Source: Holdemania massiliensis (GTDB lineage Bacteria; Bacillota_I; Bacilli_A; Erysipelotrichales; Erysipelotrichaceae). Taken from it: a DNA stretch of 24,000 nucleotides. The stretch lies in assembly GCF_022440805.1 (NCBI RefSeq), contig NZ_JAKNTK010000001.1:1016542-1040541 (forward strand). The letters run 5' to 3'. Position numbers and translations under genes: made by a program. A model generated the notes under the pieces. That model ran no database searches, was not told where the DNA came from, and worked only from the letters and a program-made list of their open reading frames with translations. The stretch's first letter is position 1; each line of letters starts with the position of its first letter. This document shows, one piece after another, positions 16,842 through 24,000 of the stretch.

Positions 16842-17405
16842 AAAAGCAGGAAAAGGAGTTAAGAACAATGGCGTGAAATCGGTCGTAGGCGGAAGGATTG
16901 TGTCCCTTCTAAAAAGAATAAGAAAATGAACCGCATCCAATTCCGTTATGTTCCTTTAAGCCGGCTGATTTATTGTTAACGATGTATCGCCGGTGCTTTA
17001 GGCTGTGTTCTTGCAGCTGCTGTTCATACTGTTTGCTTGCTTTGTCGAGGAGGTGGGATTGGAAGCCGCTGAGATTTTTTTCAGGGGATGCACCTTTAAC
17101 TCTTTATCTTAACAAATGGGCTGACACAAGGACTCCTATGTGGTTTGTCCTATGTTGTAAGTCTGCGGCAATCCCTGGCGCTGATGGTGATCATCAGGCT
17201 GCCTGCGGTCATTCTAAGCTTGGTGATTGAAGCCTGGATTTAGGCTTAGGGTTTTAAGGATCAAACATACTCACATTAAACTCGTATGGCTTTGATGTTC
17301 CATCTTCTAGTCAGCGGCAGTCTGAAAGCAGCGCTGAGGATGCTGGAAAGCGGTATGTTTATTCATTGGATGCGTCAGGCAATTGGAAGGAAAGAAGGCG
17401 GAGAA

Positions 17406-18287
17406 ATGCGAGGAAAGCGGAAGCGCTTTGGATGGTTTGCCGTGATGCTGGGTCTGCTGTTGTTTGCGGCAGCAGGGATGAAAGCCAGTGCGGATATGGG
17501 GCCGAAGTCTGAACTGGTTGTCGTCGTCAGAAATCCGCCGCAGGAACATTACATTGTATCGCTGATGTTTCAGACGGATGCTGCATGTCTGCCGATGCGG
17601 GAGAAGGCAGCTTCTGAGCTGACTTCCGTCATGGCAAAACAGCTTGATCAGGAATATGCGGGCTGGTACAGTGTGACCCAAGTAAGCTGTCAGAAAATAC
17701 CGCGAATGATTGTCGGCGATCTTCAGGGACAGGCGATCGGGCCAATCCGGCTGCATCGCTTCATGAATATGGCGATCACGCAGCCTTACAAGCTGATGAT
17801 CGTAACGGAAAGCGGGCAGGTCTGGATCAGCGATCCGATCTTTCAGCAGACTATGCAGCTGAAAGTGACCGTCGATTATGCGACAGGAAAGTTAACAGTA
17901 CCGCCTCAGGCTGAGGCCTACTTTTTTCAATATTTGTCTACCTTGTTGCTGACCTTGCTTGTTGAAGGCGTGATCCTGATCAAAAAGGGATTTTCTCTGC
18001 GGGAAAATGCAAAGGTATTTGTGCTGACTAACGGACTGACTCAAGGCTTGATGACATTGTGGATGCTGGTGTGCATGAACAATATGAACTTAATGCTGGC
18101 GATCGTCCTTCAGGGAATCATTGAATTGCCCATCGTTCTGATCGAAGTGTGGATCTATCACCGTTGGCTGAAAGGACAGACAAAAGAGGATCGCACAGCC
18201 CTTGCCGTGGATGCTAATTTGGCTAGCTGGACATTGGGAATGGGCATCATGCTGGCGGAGAGTCTGCTGATTCGATTGTTATTCTAA
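17406..18287 (+). CDS. Hypothetical exported/membrane protein: signal peptide, a roughly 150-aa extracytoplasmic domain and a C-terminal 4-TM bundle
   Basis: I place the start at ATG 17406 (MRGKRKRFGWFAVMLGLLLFAAAGMKASA), 5 nt after GGCGGAG. The ORF-track start at 17286 has no RBS and adds a non-hydrophobic extension. The C-terminal hydrophobic segments are LSTLLLTLLVEGVILI, LTQGLMTLWMLVCM, LMLAIVLQGIIELPIVLIEVWIY and LASWTLGMGIMLAESLLI. I recognise no family. Confidence 0.6.
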   Translation: MRGKRKRFGWFAVMLGLLLFAAAGMKASADMGPKSELVVVVRNPPQEHYIVSLMFQTDAACLPMREKAASELTSVMAKQLDQEYAGWYSVTQVSCQKIPRMIVGDLQGQAIGPIRLHRFMNMAITQPYKLMIVTESGQVWISDPIFQQTMQLKVTVDYATGKLTVPPQAEAYFFQYLSTLLLTLLVEGVILIKKGFSLRENAKVFVLTNGLTQGLMTLWMLVCMNNMNLMLAIVLQGIIELPIVLIEVWIYHRWLKGQTKEDRTALAVDANLASWTLGMGIMLAESLLIRLLF

Positions 18288-18302
18288 AGCGAATAAGAAA
18301 TG

Positions 18303-18349
18303 AAAAAGCTGTGGGACAGATTTGATATCCAAGGTCCACAGCTTTTTTT
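18303..18349. terminator. Bidirectional intrinsic terminator between convergent genes
   Basis: AAAAAGCTGTGGGAC (18303-18317) pairs with GTCCACAGCTTTTT (18334-18347) with one bulge and a 16-nt loop. A-run/T-run flanks give a U-tract on both strands. Confidence 0.75.
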
Positions 18350-18504
18350 CATATGAAGTTGTTTATAAACAAAACAGGCTCAGCTTGGAAATTCACGGTT
18401 TTCCCATTTCTGCAAAATGGATGATCAAGACATTCTGTTTTAAAAATTTGACTCGAAGTTTATACAGAAAGATCATTTCACCGTTGGATTAAGCCAAGAT
18501 GTTT

Positions 18505-20379
18505 TTACCAGCTGCTGCCGGAGGTGCCGCCAAAGCCGCCGCCGGTAAAGCCGCCCCCGCCGCCTCCGCCGAAGCTGCCGCCATGCGGACCGGAGCTGGA
18601 AGAAACCGGTGCGGAAGTCATAGCCTGCTGGAAGGAGTTCATCGTCCGATCCAGCCGGCTGATCATATACCATGTTGTCCAGCCATCCGGGCCATAATAC
18701 CAGGTCGGTGGTTCGATTGTCAAACCGCGGAAATGTTTTGACCAGATATCGGTTAATCCCATCGCATAGGCATAGGGCAGAATGGAATAAAAGTAAGTCG
18801 GATCGTCCTGAACCAACATGGCCAGACGGTCCTTTTCTGCATACAGAATGAAATTCCGCAGACCTAAAACCTTACCGGTTAAACGCTGGCCGCGCTCAGT
18901 CCGTTTCTTCATGAAGACAGCACAGCCGGCACTGATTAAGGTGCAGAGAATCAGGAATATTGGAACGATCCATCCCTGATTTGCCCAGATAAAGGCCACT
19001 GTCAGCATTCCTGCCCAGAAAAGGGTGAAGAGGCTCATCCCCAAAAGCATCCCAAACTTGAAGCCGCCGCTGCAGCTGTGCCAGCGCCGCTGAAGCAGGC
19101 ATCCCATTACAATCGCCGCGATCATCAGTAAATAGGGGATGATCAGAAAAACAATCGCAGCCCCGCTGAATTCGACAGCATAGACCTGCAGGGCAGCCAG
19201 AACCGCGGCCGGCAGCGGAGCCAGGAATGCAACAACAACCTGCAAGGTGGAAGATATCCGGGTAAATAATCGTTTCTCCGGCAGATTGTAATACGCTGAG
19301 AAATCCTGAATCGCCTGATTGAGATGCGTGTAGAATTTCTCTTCCAGTTCTTTGGTCGTGACGCTGTCACGATTCTTAAATAATGCATTGAACAACCGCA
19401 GTTGCGCAACCGGAGCTGTTTCCGGCAGGGATTGAAGCTTATTGAGCTTTAATGTCTTATCCTGATCTTCAATCGATAAGTAACCGCGGTTGGCCCAGTC
19501 CAGGATCAAGGACAAAACTTCCCGGTTCTGAATCGTTCCATTTAAGATGAATCCGACTTCTGTACTGGAAATTCCTTCCGGAGCACTGAATTCCACCGGA
19601 ATGATCAGCGTCTCATCTTTTCCCCATTTCAACAGACACAGAATGCTGAGCAGGGTGGTAAAACCGCCAAGCAGAGCTAAAGGCAAAGCATAATTGGCAG
19701 CTTTGGGAAAGGTGAAATACTGATCCGGCAGATCCAGCTTCACGGTTATCCCTTCAAAGGGCTGCAGGGTGGATAAGGTTTCACCGCTGAAGGTCGTCCC
19801 TTCCTGCTGAAATTGAAACTGATCCTGCGGCAGATCGGAATAGAAGTACAGCTGATCGGCATCGAAGGGTTTCGGCATTGTCACCCGGAAGGTTACTTTT
19901 TCAATCGTCGTATCCCAGTTTACTGAAATCAGGTTCCAGTAGAAACTTTGGATCCCGCCCAGTTTCAAATCCCGGGTATGCACCTGATAGCGGATCTTAT
20001 AGCTTTCTGAAGACTGGGCATAGGTATCCGCGCTGCCTAAACGGAGATTATAGTAATCATCCTCATCACTGATCTTAACTTCATGACCGGACAACACCTC
20101 GATGTGATCGATCGGATAAACGTAACTGCGGCTGACAACCTTATCGCCAATGGCCCATGTGACACTGCGGTAACGCTTGGGAAGGGTGAGATTTAAGCCG
20201 TGGCTGGACTGCTGAAATTGAACGTCCAAGGTTTCAGTTACGGTATAGACGCCGTCTTCGCTCACCTCAATTTGAATGTCGTAATGCTCGATCGTAAAGC
20301 TTTCCTGAGCGTGAACGGGCTGTAAGCCCACAAAAAGCAGAAACAACGTCAGGACGCTGAACAAAATTCGTTTTTTCAT
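18505..20379 (-). CDS. DUF2207-family membrane protein with a Gly-rich C-terminal tail
   Basis: 624 aa. Signal peptide MKKRILFSVLTLFLLFVGLQPVHA, then an N-terminal extracytoplasmic beta-rich domain (FTIEHYDIQIEVSEDGVYTVTETLDVQF). Several TM helices follow in the second half. The tail is SSSSGPHGGSFGGGGGGGFTGGGFGGTSGSSW. This architecture and the adjacency to lemA are typical of DUF2207 proteins. Confidence 0.75.
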   Translation of the reverse strand: MKKRILFSVLTLFLLFVGLQPVHAQESFTIEHYDIQIEVSEDGVYTVTETLDVQFQQSSHGLNLTLPKRYRSVTWAIGDKVVSRSYVYPIDHIEVLSGHEVKISDEDDYYNLRLGSADTYAQSSESYKIRYQVHTRDLKLGGIQSFYWNLISVNWDTTIEKVTFRVTMPKPFDADQLYFYSDLPQDQFQFQQEGTTFSGETLSTLQPFEGITVKLDLPDQYFTFPKAANYALPLALLGGFTTLLSILCLLKWGKDETLIIPVEFSAPEGISSTEVGFILNGTIQNREVLSLILDWANRGYLSIEDQDKTLKLNKLQSLPETAPVAQLRLFNALFKNRDSVTTKELEEKFYTHLNQAIQDFSAYYNLPEKRLFTRISSTLQVVVAFLAPLPAAVLAALQVYAVEFSGAAIVFLIIPYLLMIAAIVMGCLLQRRWHSCSGGFKFGMLLGMSLFTLFWAGMLTVAFIWANQGWIVPIFLILCTLISAGCAVFMKKRTERGQRLTGKVLGLRNFILYAEKDRLAMLVQDDPTYFYSILPYAYAMGLTDIWSKHFRGLTIEPPTWYYGPDGWTTWYMISRLDRTMNSFQQAMTSAPVSSSSGPHGGSFGGGGGGGFTGGGFGGTSGSSW

Positions 20380-20443
20380 AAGTTTACTCCTTGATTTCTA
20401 TGCCAAGGGCACAGACGTAACTTTTGTCATTGCATTTTTGGTG

Positions 20444-20468
20444 AAAAAAATATCGCAGCGAGCGATAT
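20444..20468 (-). terminator. Intrinsic terminator between lemA and the DUF2207 gene
   Basis: The minus strand reads ATATCGC-tcgct-GCGATAT followed by T6-7 (plus-strand A-run 20444-20450). It starts 2 nt after the lemA stop codon. Confidence 0.65.
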
Positions 20469-20469
20469 T

Positions 20470-21021
20470 TCAGAAAGAAACTTTGACGTTTTCGCGCTGA
20501 GCTTCATCTTTGACGACAAACAGCGGCATTTTCTTAAAACCGCAGATCCCAGCGATCAAATTGCTTGGAATGGTTTCAGTGCGGGTATTGAAGGCTTTGA
20601 CCACGCCGTTGTAATACTTGCGGGCGTTGGCAATTTCCCCTTCCATATCTTTGAGCTGACGCTGTAAGTCGATGAAGTTGGTGTTGGCTTTCAGATCCGG
20701 ATAGCTTTCTGAAATGGCCAATAACCTTCCCAATAAGCCGGAAAGGTTCTGTTCCTGGGCAATTTTTTCATCCATGGAATGAGCGTTCATAGCCAGACTG
20801 CGTGCGGAAACAACTTTTTCCAGTGTTTCTTTTTCATGTGCAGCATAGCCTTTGACCGTTTCCACTAAGTTTGGAATCAGATCATAGCGCTTGACCAGAT
20901 ACACGTCCATGGTAGAAAAGGCTTCTTCTACTTTATTCTTTAATGAAACAAACCCGTTGTAGGTCGCGATAAACCAGATGATCAGCACCGCGAGTACGAC
21001 CAGTAAAATAATCCACATCAT
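20470..21021 (-). CDS. lemA: LemA family protein
   Basis: 183 aa. A single N-terminal TM helix (MMWIILLVVLAVLIIWFIA) is followed by TYNGFVSLKNKVEEAFSTMDVYLVKRYDLIPNLVETVKGYAAHEKETLEKVVSARS and ESYPDLKANTNFIDLQRQL...ARKYYNG, a canonical LemA pattern. RBS is AGAGGAGGAA. Confidence 0.9.
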   Translation of the reverse strand: MMWIILLVVLAVLIIWFIATYNGFVSLKNKVEEAFSTMDVYLVKRYDLIPNLVETVKGYAAHEKETLEKVVSARSLAMNAHSMDEKIAQEQNLSGLLGRLLAISESYPDLKANTNFIDLQRQLKDMEGEIANARKYYNGVVKAFNTRTETIPSNLIAGICGFKKMPLFVVKDEAQRENVKVSF

Positions 21022-21398
21022 GTGTCAATTCCTCCTCTGTTGTCCCATGAGGGCTTGATCTTATTATAGCATAGCTTGCGGAAGAACATTCCTGTCAGGA
21101 CTGCGTTTTAAGAATTCTGAAAGAAGTCGGAACCGCTGTGCTGATTATGAATGAAACGGGAAATAAAGTGGAGAAGGATTGTTGATTCCAAAGTTTTGCG
21201 GCAGTCAGATTAAACCAGAAGGATTCAGCTCAGACTCTAAACAGCGCTGATGCAGGGATAAGGCTGATTGCATGGACTGATTTACCAAGGAAATTGAAAC
21301 GTTTTGTTTCTTCTTTCCTTGTGAGTCTGTAAGTATTGGGCGGCCAATGACCCCCGATAAAGCGAAAAATTCAGGAATTTTCGGCATTCGGAGTAAGA

Positions 21399-21427
21399 TT
21401 AACAGAATTTTAACAGAAACTTAACAG
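21399..21427 (+). promoter_or_regulatory. Three phased TTAACAG direct repeats, a Pho-box-like (PhoP/PhoB) site replacing the -35 of the Na/Pi transporter promoter
   Basis: TTAACAG occurs at 21399-21405, 21410-21416 and 21421-21427, exactly 11 bp centre to centre. A possible degenerate fourth unit, TTTCTT, lies at 21432. A -10 candidate TATCTT lies at 21448-21453. The gene's ATG is at 21476. Confidence 0.6.
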
Positions 21428-21475
21428 TCATTTTCTTTATTTCTTGGTATCTTTACCCTTGAGAGGAGTGGAAGG

Positions 21476-23134
21476 ATGACATTGCAGGATATACAGTGGG
21501 ATATGATCTTGGGCGGCTTTGGGCTGTTCTTATTTGGCATTAAATTTATGGGGGATGGATTGAAAAGTCTGGCAGGGGATAAGCTGCGGGATTACATTGA
21601 TAAATATACATCCAAACCGCTGATGGCGATTTTGATCGGGGCTTTAGTTACGATCATGATCCAGTCTAGTTCGGCAACGACCGCGATTACGATTGGTTTG
21701 GTCCGAGCCGGCTTAATGCGGCTGGAACAGGCGGCCGGGATCGTAATGGGGGCTAACATCGGAACGACGGTCACCGCTTTTTTAATCGGTTTGAAAGTGG
21801 AGCAGTTTGCGTTGTTCTTTGTATTTGCGGGCGGTGTGGTGATTTCTTTTGCCAAGCGGAAAAAGAGCCGGACGATCGGCGAAATTGTGATGGGCTTCGG
21901 CTTGTTGTTCTATGGACTGCGGATTATGGGTGATTCGTTATCCATGCTTAAGGATATGCCGGAATTCATTGCTTTTGCCGAGATGATGGGCCGTCAGCCA
22001 ATCCTGGCCTTGTTGGCCGGTACGGTGCTGACCGCTTTGATTCAGGGTTCAGCGGCAACGATCGGCGTGGTTCAGAAGCTGGTGGAAGCGGGGGCGATGT
22101 CGCTGTCGGCAGCATTGCCGTTTGTTTTCGGCTCCAATATCGGCACGACGATTACCGGGGTGTTCGCAGCAATTGGCGGCAGCTTGGCAGCCAAACGAAC
22201 GGCTGGTTTACATACGCTGTTTAATGTGATTGGGACGCTGATCGGCATGCTCCTTCTGCAGCCCTACATTCTGCTGATTACAGAATTATCAAAACTGCTG
22301 AACATTGCGCCGATGATGCAGATCGCGGTCGCGCATATCTTGTTCAATGTCGGAGCGACGATTCTGTTCTTCCCATTCTTAAAACAGATGTGCCAGCTTG
22401 TTAAAAAACTGATTCCTGGACAGGAACCGGAGCGGCTGGATATCAAAATTGATGATCTGGATGAGAATATTATTCATGAGCTGCCTGCTTCAGCACTGGA
22501 GCTTGTCCACAAATCTATATTTAAGATGGTTGATGTTGTCAGCAAGACGGTACGGGAAGCCCAGCAATACTTTATCAAAGGTACGGACGAGGAAGACCAT
22601 GAGATGATTCTGCAGTCTGAGGCGCTGATCAATAGTTTTGATACCAAGATTACGCAGTATCTGATGCAGATCTCAAAGGAAAACTTGTCAGACAGGGAAG
22701 TGGCCGATCTGAATCTCAACCTGCAGGTGATTAAGAATTTGGAACGCATCGGTGACTTGACGGTGAATCTTGTCGAGTTCTTTGAGATGGTCAATGAGGA
22801 TCAGTCCGCGTTTTCCGCCGGCGCAAAAGAGGAAGTCATGCAGATGTTTGATCTGTTCGATCATATGCTGGCCCAGTCGGTAAAAGTCTATGAATCGCAG
22901 GATTACACGCTGTATTCGGCCCTGCTGGAAGATGAAAACTATATGGATTTGCTAGAGTATAAAGCTCGCCAGAATCATTTTGAACGGATGAGCCGGCAGG
23001 AGTGCAGCTCGGCCGTAGCCGGTTCGGTATTCTGCGATATTCTGGGGAATCTGGAACGAATGGCGGATCATACCTGCAACATCGCCCGCTGTGCGGTGGA
23101 ATCAACAGGAATGGAAACACCGGAAAAGCATTGA
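21476..23134 (+). CDS. Na+/phosphate cotransporter family protein with C-terminal PhoU-like domains
   Basis: 552 aa. It has duplicated Na_Pi_cotrans-type repeats (QSSSATTAITIGLVRAG and QGSAATIGVVQKLVEAG, each followed by GANIGTT / GSNIGTT). The C-terminal helical region has PhoU-like signatures (NLERIGDLTVNL, NLERMADHTCNIA). Confidence 0.9.
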   Translation: MTLQDIQWDMILGGFGLFLFGIKFMGDGLKSLAGDKLRDYIDKYTSKPLMAILIGALVTIMIQSSSATTAITIGLVRAGLMRLEQAAGIVMGANIGTTVTAFLIGLKVEQFALFFVFAGGVVISFAKRKKSRTIGEIVMGFGLLFYGLRIMGDSLSMLKDMPEFIAFAEMMGRQPILALLAGTVLTALIQGSAATIGVVQKLVEAGAMSLSAALPFVFGSNIGTTITGVFAAIGGSLAAKRTAGLHTLFNVIGTLIGMLLLQPYILLITELSKLLNIAPMMQIAVAHILFNVGATILFFPFLKQMCQLVKKLIPGQEPERLDIKIDDLDENIIHELPASALELVHKSIFKMVDVVSKTVREAQQYFIKGTDEEDHEMILQSEALINSFDTKITQYLMQISKENLSDREVADLNLNLQVIKNLERIGDLTVNLVEFFEMVNEDQSAFSAGAKEEVMQMFDLFDHMLAQSVKVYESQDYTLYSALLEDENYMDLLEYKARQNHFERMSRQECSSAVAGSVFCDILGNLERMADHTCNIARCAVESTGMETPEKH

Positions 23135-23257
23135 TGGACCTGGATGTTTTTTGCCCGTGGACAAAGCGCCCAGATCGATTTGTAAAAAGGGAATCAAGCT
23201 GGCGGAACAGAGGATCAGCATACAGCCGGAAAACAACTCAATCATGAAGTCTGGTGA

Positions 23258-23286
23258 TTGACGCATAAGGCAGGCTCAGGTACAAT
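23258..23286 (+). promoter_or_regulatory. SigA-type promoter for the dehydrogenase gene
   Basis: -35 TTGACG (23258-23263), 17-bp spacer, -10 TACAAT (23281-23286), 24 bp upstream of ATG 23310. Confidence 0.55.
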
Positions 23287-23309
23287 GAAGCCAGAAAGAA
23301 GGAATTTGC

Positions 23310-24000
23310 ATGGAACAAATTAAAGTATGCTGGCTGATTCCGACGGAGCCTTCACTGCGCGCCTCCATACAGGCGGCGTGTCCGCAGGCGCAGATCGATT
23401 TCTGTGAACGGGCTGAGCTCAATGAACAGCGGATTGCGGAAGCGGAAGTCGTGATCGGAAATCTGCCGAAACGCTGGCTGAGCGAGGCGAAGGCGCTGCG
23501 CTGGCTGCATTTGGAAAGTGCCGGGGCTGAACAGTATGCTCAGGAAGAGAAATTAGCTCAGGATGTCCTGCTGACCAATTCGACGGGAGCTTATGGACCA
23601 GCCATCGCCGAACATATGCTGGCCGGGGTGCTGTCGGTTTATAAGAAGCTGAATCTTTATCGTGAAAATCAAAAACTGCGGGTATGGAAAAATGAGGGCA
23701 AGGTTCGTTCGCTGAAAGGTTCCTCTGTCCTGATTGTGGGCTTGGGCGATATTGGCCGGGAATTTGGCTGGCGGATGAAAGCTTTGGGATGCACGGTGAC
23801 CGGTGTAAAACGAACACCGGGGGCTTGTCCTGATTTTGTCGATCGGCTGGTGCTGATGGATCAGATTGAGGAGGAACTGCCGCAGGCGGACATCGTCGCT
23901 CTGTGCTTGCCAAGTACGCCGGAAACCCGACACTTCTTTGATCAGCGCCGGCTGGCTTTAACTCGCAGGGATTGTGTGCTTGTCAATGTGGGCCGCGGGA
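23310..24000 (+). CDS. D-isomer-specific 2-hydroxyacid dehydrogenase family protein, N-terminal 230 aa (runs off the right edge)
   Basis: It is absent from the ORF track because no stop is reached. Hand translation: MEQIKVCWLIPTEPSLRASIQ...GSSVLIVGLGDIGREFGWRMKALGCTVTGVKRT...ADIVALCLPSTPETRHFF...DCVLVNVGRG. The GxGxxG NAD fold and the NVGRG motif are diagnostic of the family. The minus-strand ORFs 23419-23933 are antisense shadows of it. Confidence 0.8.
   Translation, partial: MEQIKVCWLIPTEPSLRASIQAACPQAQIDFCERAELNEQRIAEAEVVIGNLPKRWLSEAKALRWLHLESAGAEQYAQEEKLAQDVLLTNSTGAYGPAIAEHMLAGVLSVYKKLNLYRENQKLRVWKNEGKVRSLKGSSVLIVGLGDIGREFGWRMKALGCTVTGVKRTPGACPDFVDRLVLMDQIEEELPQADIVALCLPSTPETRHFFDQRRLALTRRDCVLVNVGRG

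Noticed and set aside
17083-17141. Superficial resemblance to a fluoride (crcB) riboswitch (GGGGATG ... GGGCTGA ... CTCCTA)
   Set aside because: The conserved pseudoknot and P1 pairing partners and the CTGATGA-NN-CCTAC core are not present. The downstream gene is not a fluoride exporter.
16973-17230. 85-aa Cys-rich ORF from the track (MLTMYRRCFRLCSCSCCSYCLL...)
   Set aside because: It has a non-ATG start and no RBS. The composition is odd, Cys/Arg/Leu-rich with no coherent domains. It lies in a region with open frames on several strands, so it is probably a chance ORF.
16834-17300. tmRNA (ssrA) expected directly downstream of smpB
   Set aside because: I searched both strands by eye for the GGGGnnG...TTCGAC 5' end, a GGTTCGAnTCC T-arm, a CTCCACCA 3' end and a tag ORF ending in Ala-Ala-stop, and found none. 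GGGGATG at 17084 is followed by CACCTTTAAC, not the conserved GGATTCGAC-like segment, and has no matching 3' acceptor strand. A covariance-model scan would be decisive.
18300-18356. 18-aa ORF MKKLWDRFDIQGPQLFFI between the convergent genes
   Set aside because: It coincides exactly with the bidirectional terminator hairpin and has no RBS. The sequence is explained by RNA structure.
18499-18741. 80-aa plus-strand Ala-rich ORF (AAAGGAAKAAAGKAAPAASAEAAA...)
   Set aside because: It is the antisense reading of the GGC/GCC-rich DNA that encodes the poly-Gly tail of the DUF2207 protein. It is a low-complexity shadow ORF.
21205-21387. 60-aa minus-strand ORF in the lemA / Na-Pi intergenic region
   Set aside because: There is no Shine-Dalgarno sequence upstream of its start, no recognisable motif, and it sits just at the length cutoff. 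I treat it as chance.

Overview
The window looks like chromosomal DNA from a Bacillota (Firmicutes)-type bacterium. The evidence is strong GGAGG-type ribosome-binding sites, a glgC-glgD-glgA glycogen module (GlgD is a Firmicute feature), and secG-rnr-smpB synteny. Most of it is housekeeping. Left to right: glgC (3' end), glgD and glgA; a pgk-tpiA-(62-aa membrane ORF)-eno glycolytic operon lacking gpmI; a HAD phosphatase; a roughly 6.3 kb accessory sugar island; secG, rnr and smpB; a roughly 570 bp unexplained gap where ssrA would normally sit; an orphan exported membrane protein; a convergent lemA/DUF2207 pair; a Na/Pi cotransporter-PhoU fusion; and the 5' part of a D-2-hydroxyacid dehydrogenase. 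The sugar island has a divergent PRD/EIIB/EIIA activator, Gat-type PTS EIIB and EIIC, an unknown 2-TM protein, a GatA-like EIIA, a SgcQ/BtpA-like protein and a SgcE-like epimerase. The Na/Pi gene is preceded by three TTAACAG repeats at exact 11-bp phasing, which look like PhoP/PhoB boxes. I found no rRNA, tRNA, CRISPR array, IS element or recognisable defence genes. The best candidates for undescribed biology are the hybrid Gat/Sgc PTS island with its embedded 158-aa membrane protein and unassigned SgcQ/SgcE chemistry, and the non-coding block after smpB. That block has an extended -10 promoter and an SD-led 2-codon mini-ORF but no tmRNA. All product calls rest on my reading of the supplied translations, hand-checked motifs and gene context. 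No database search was run.
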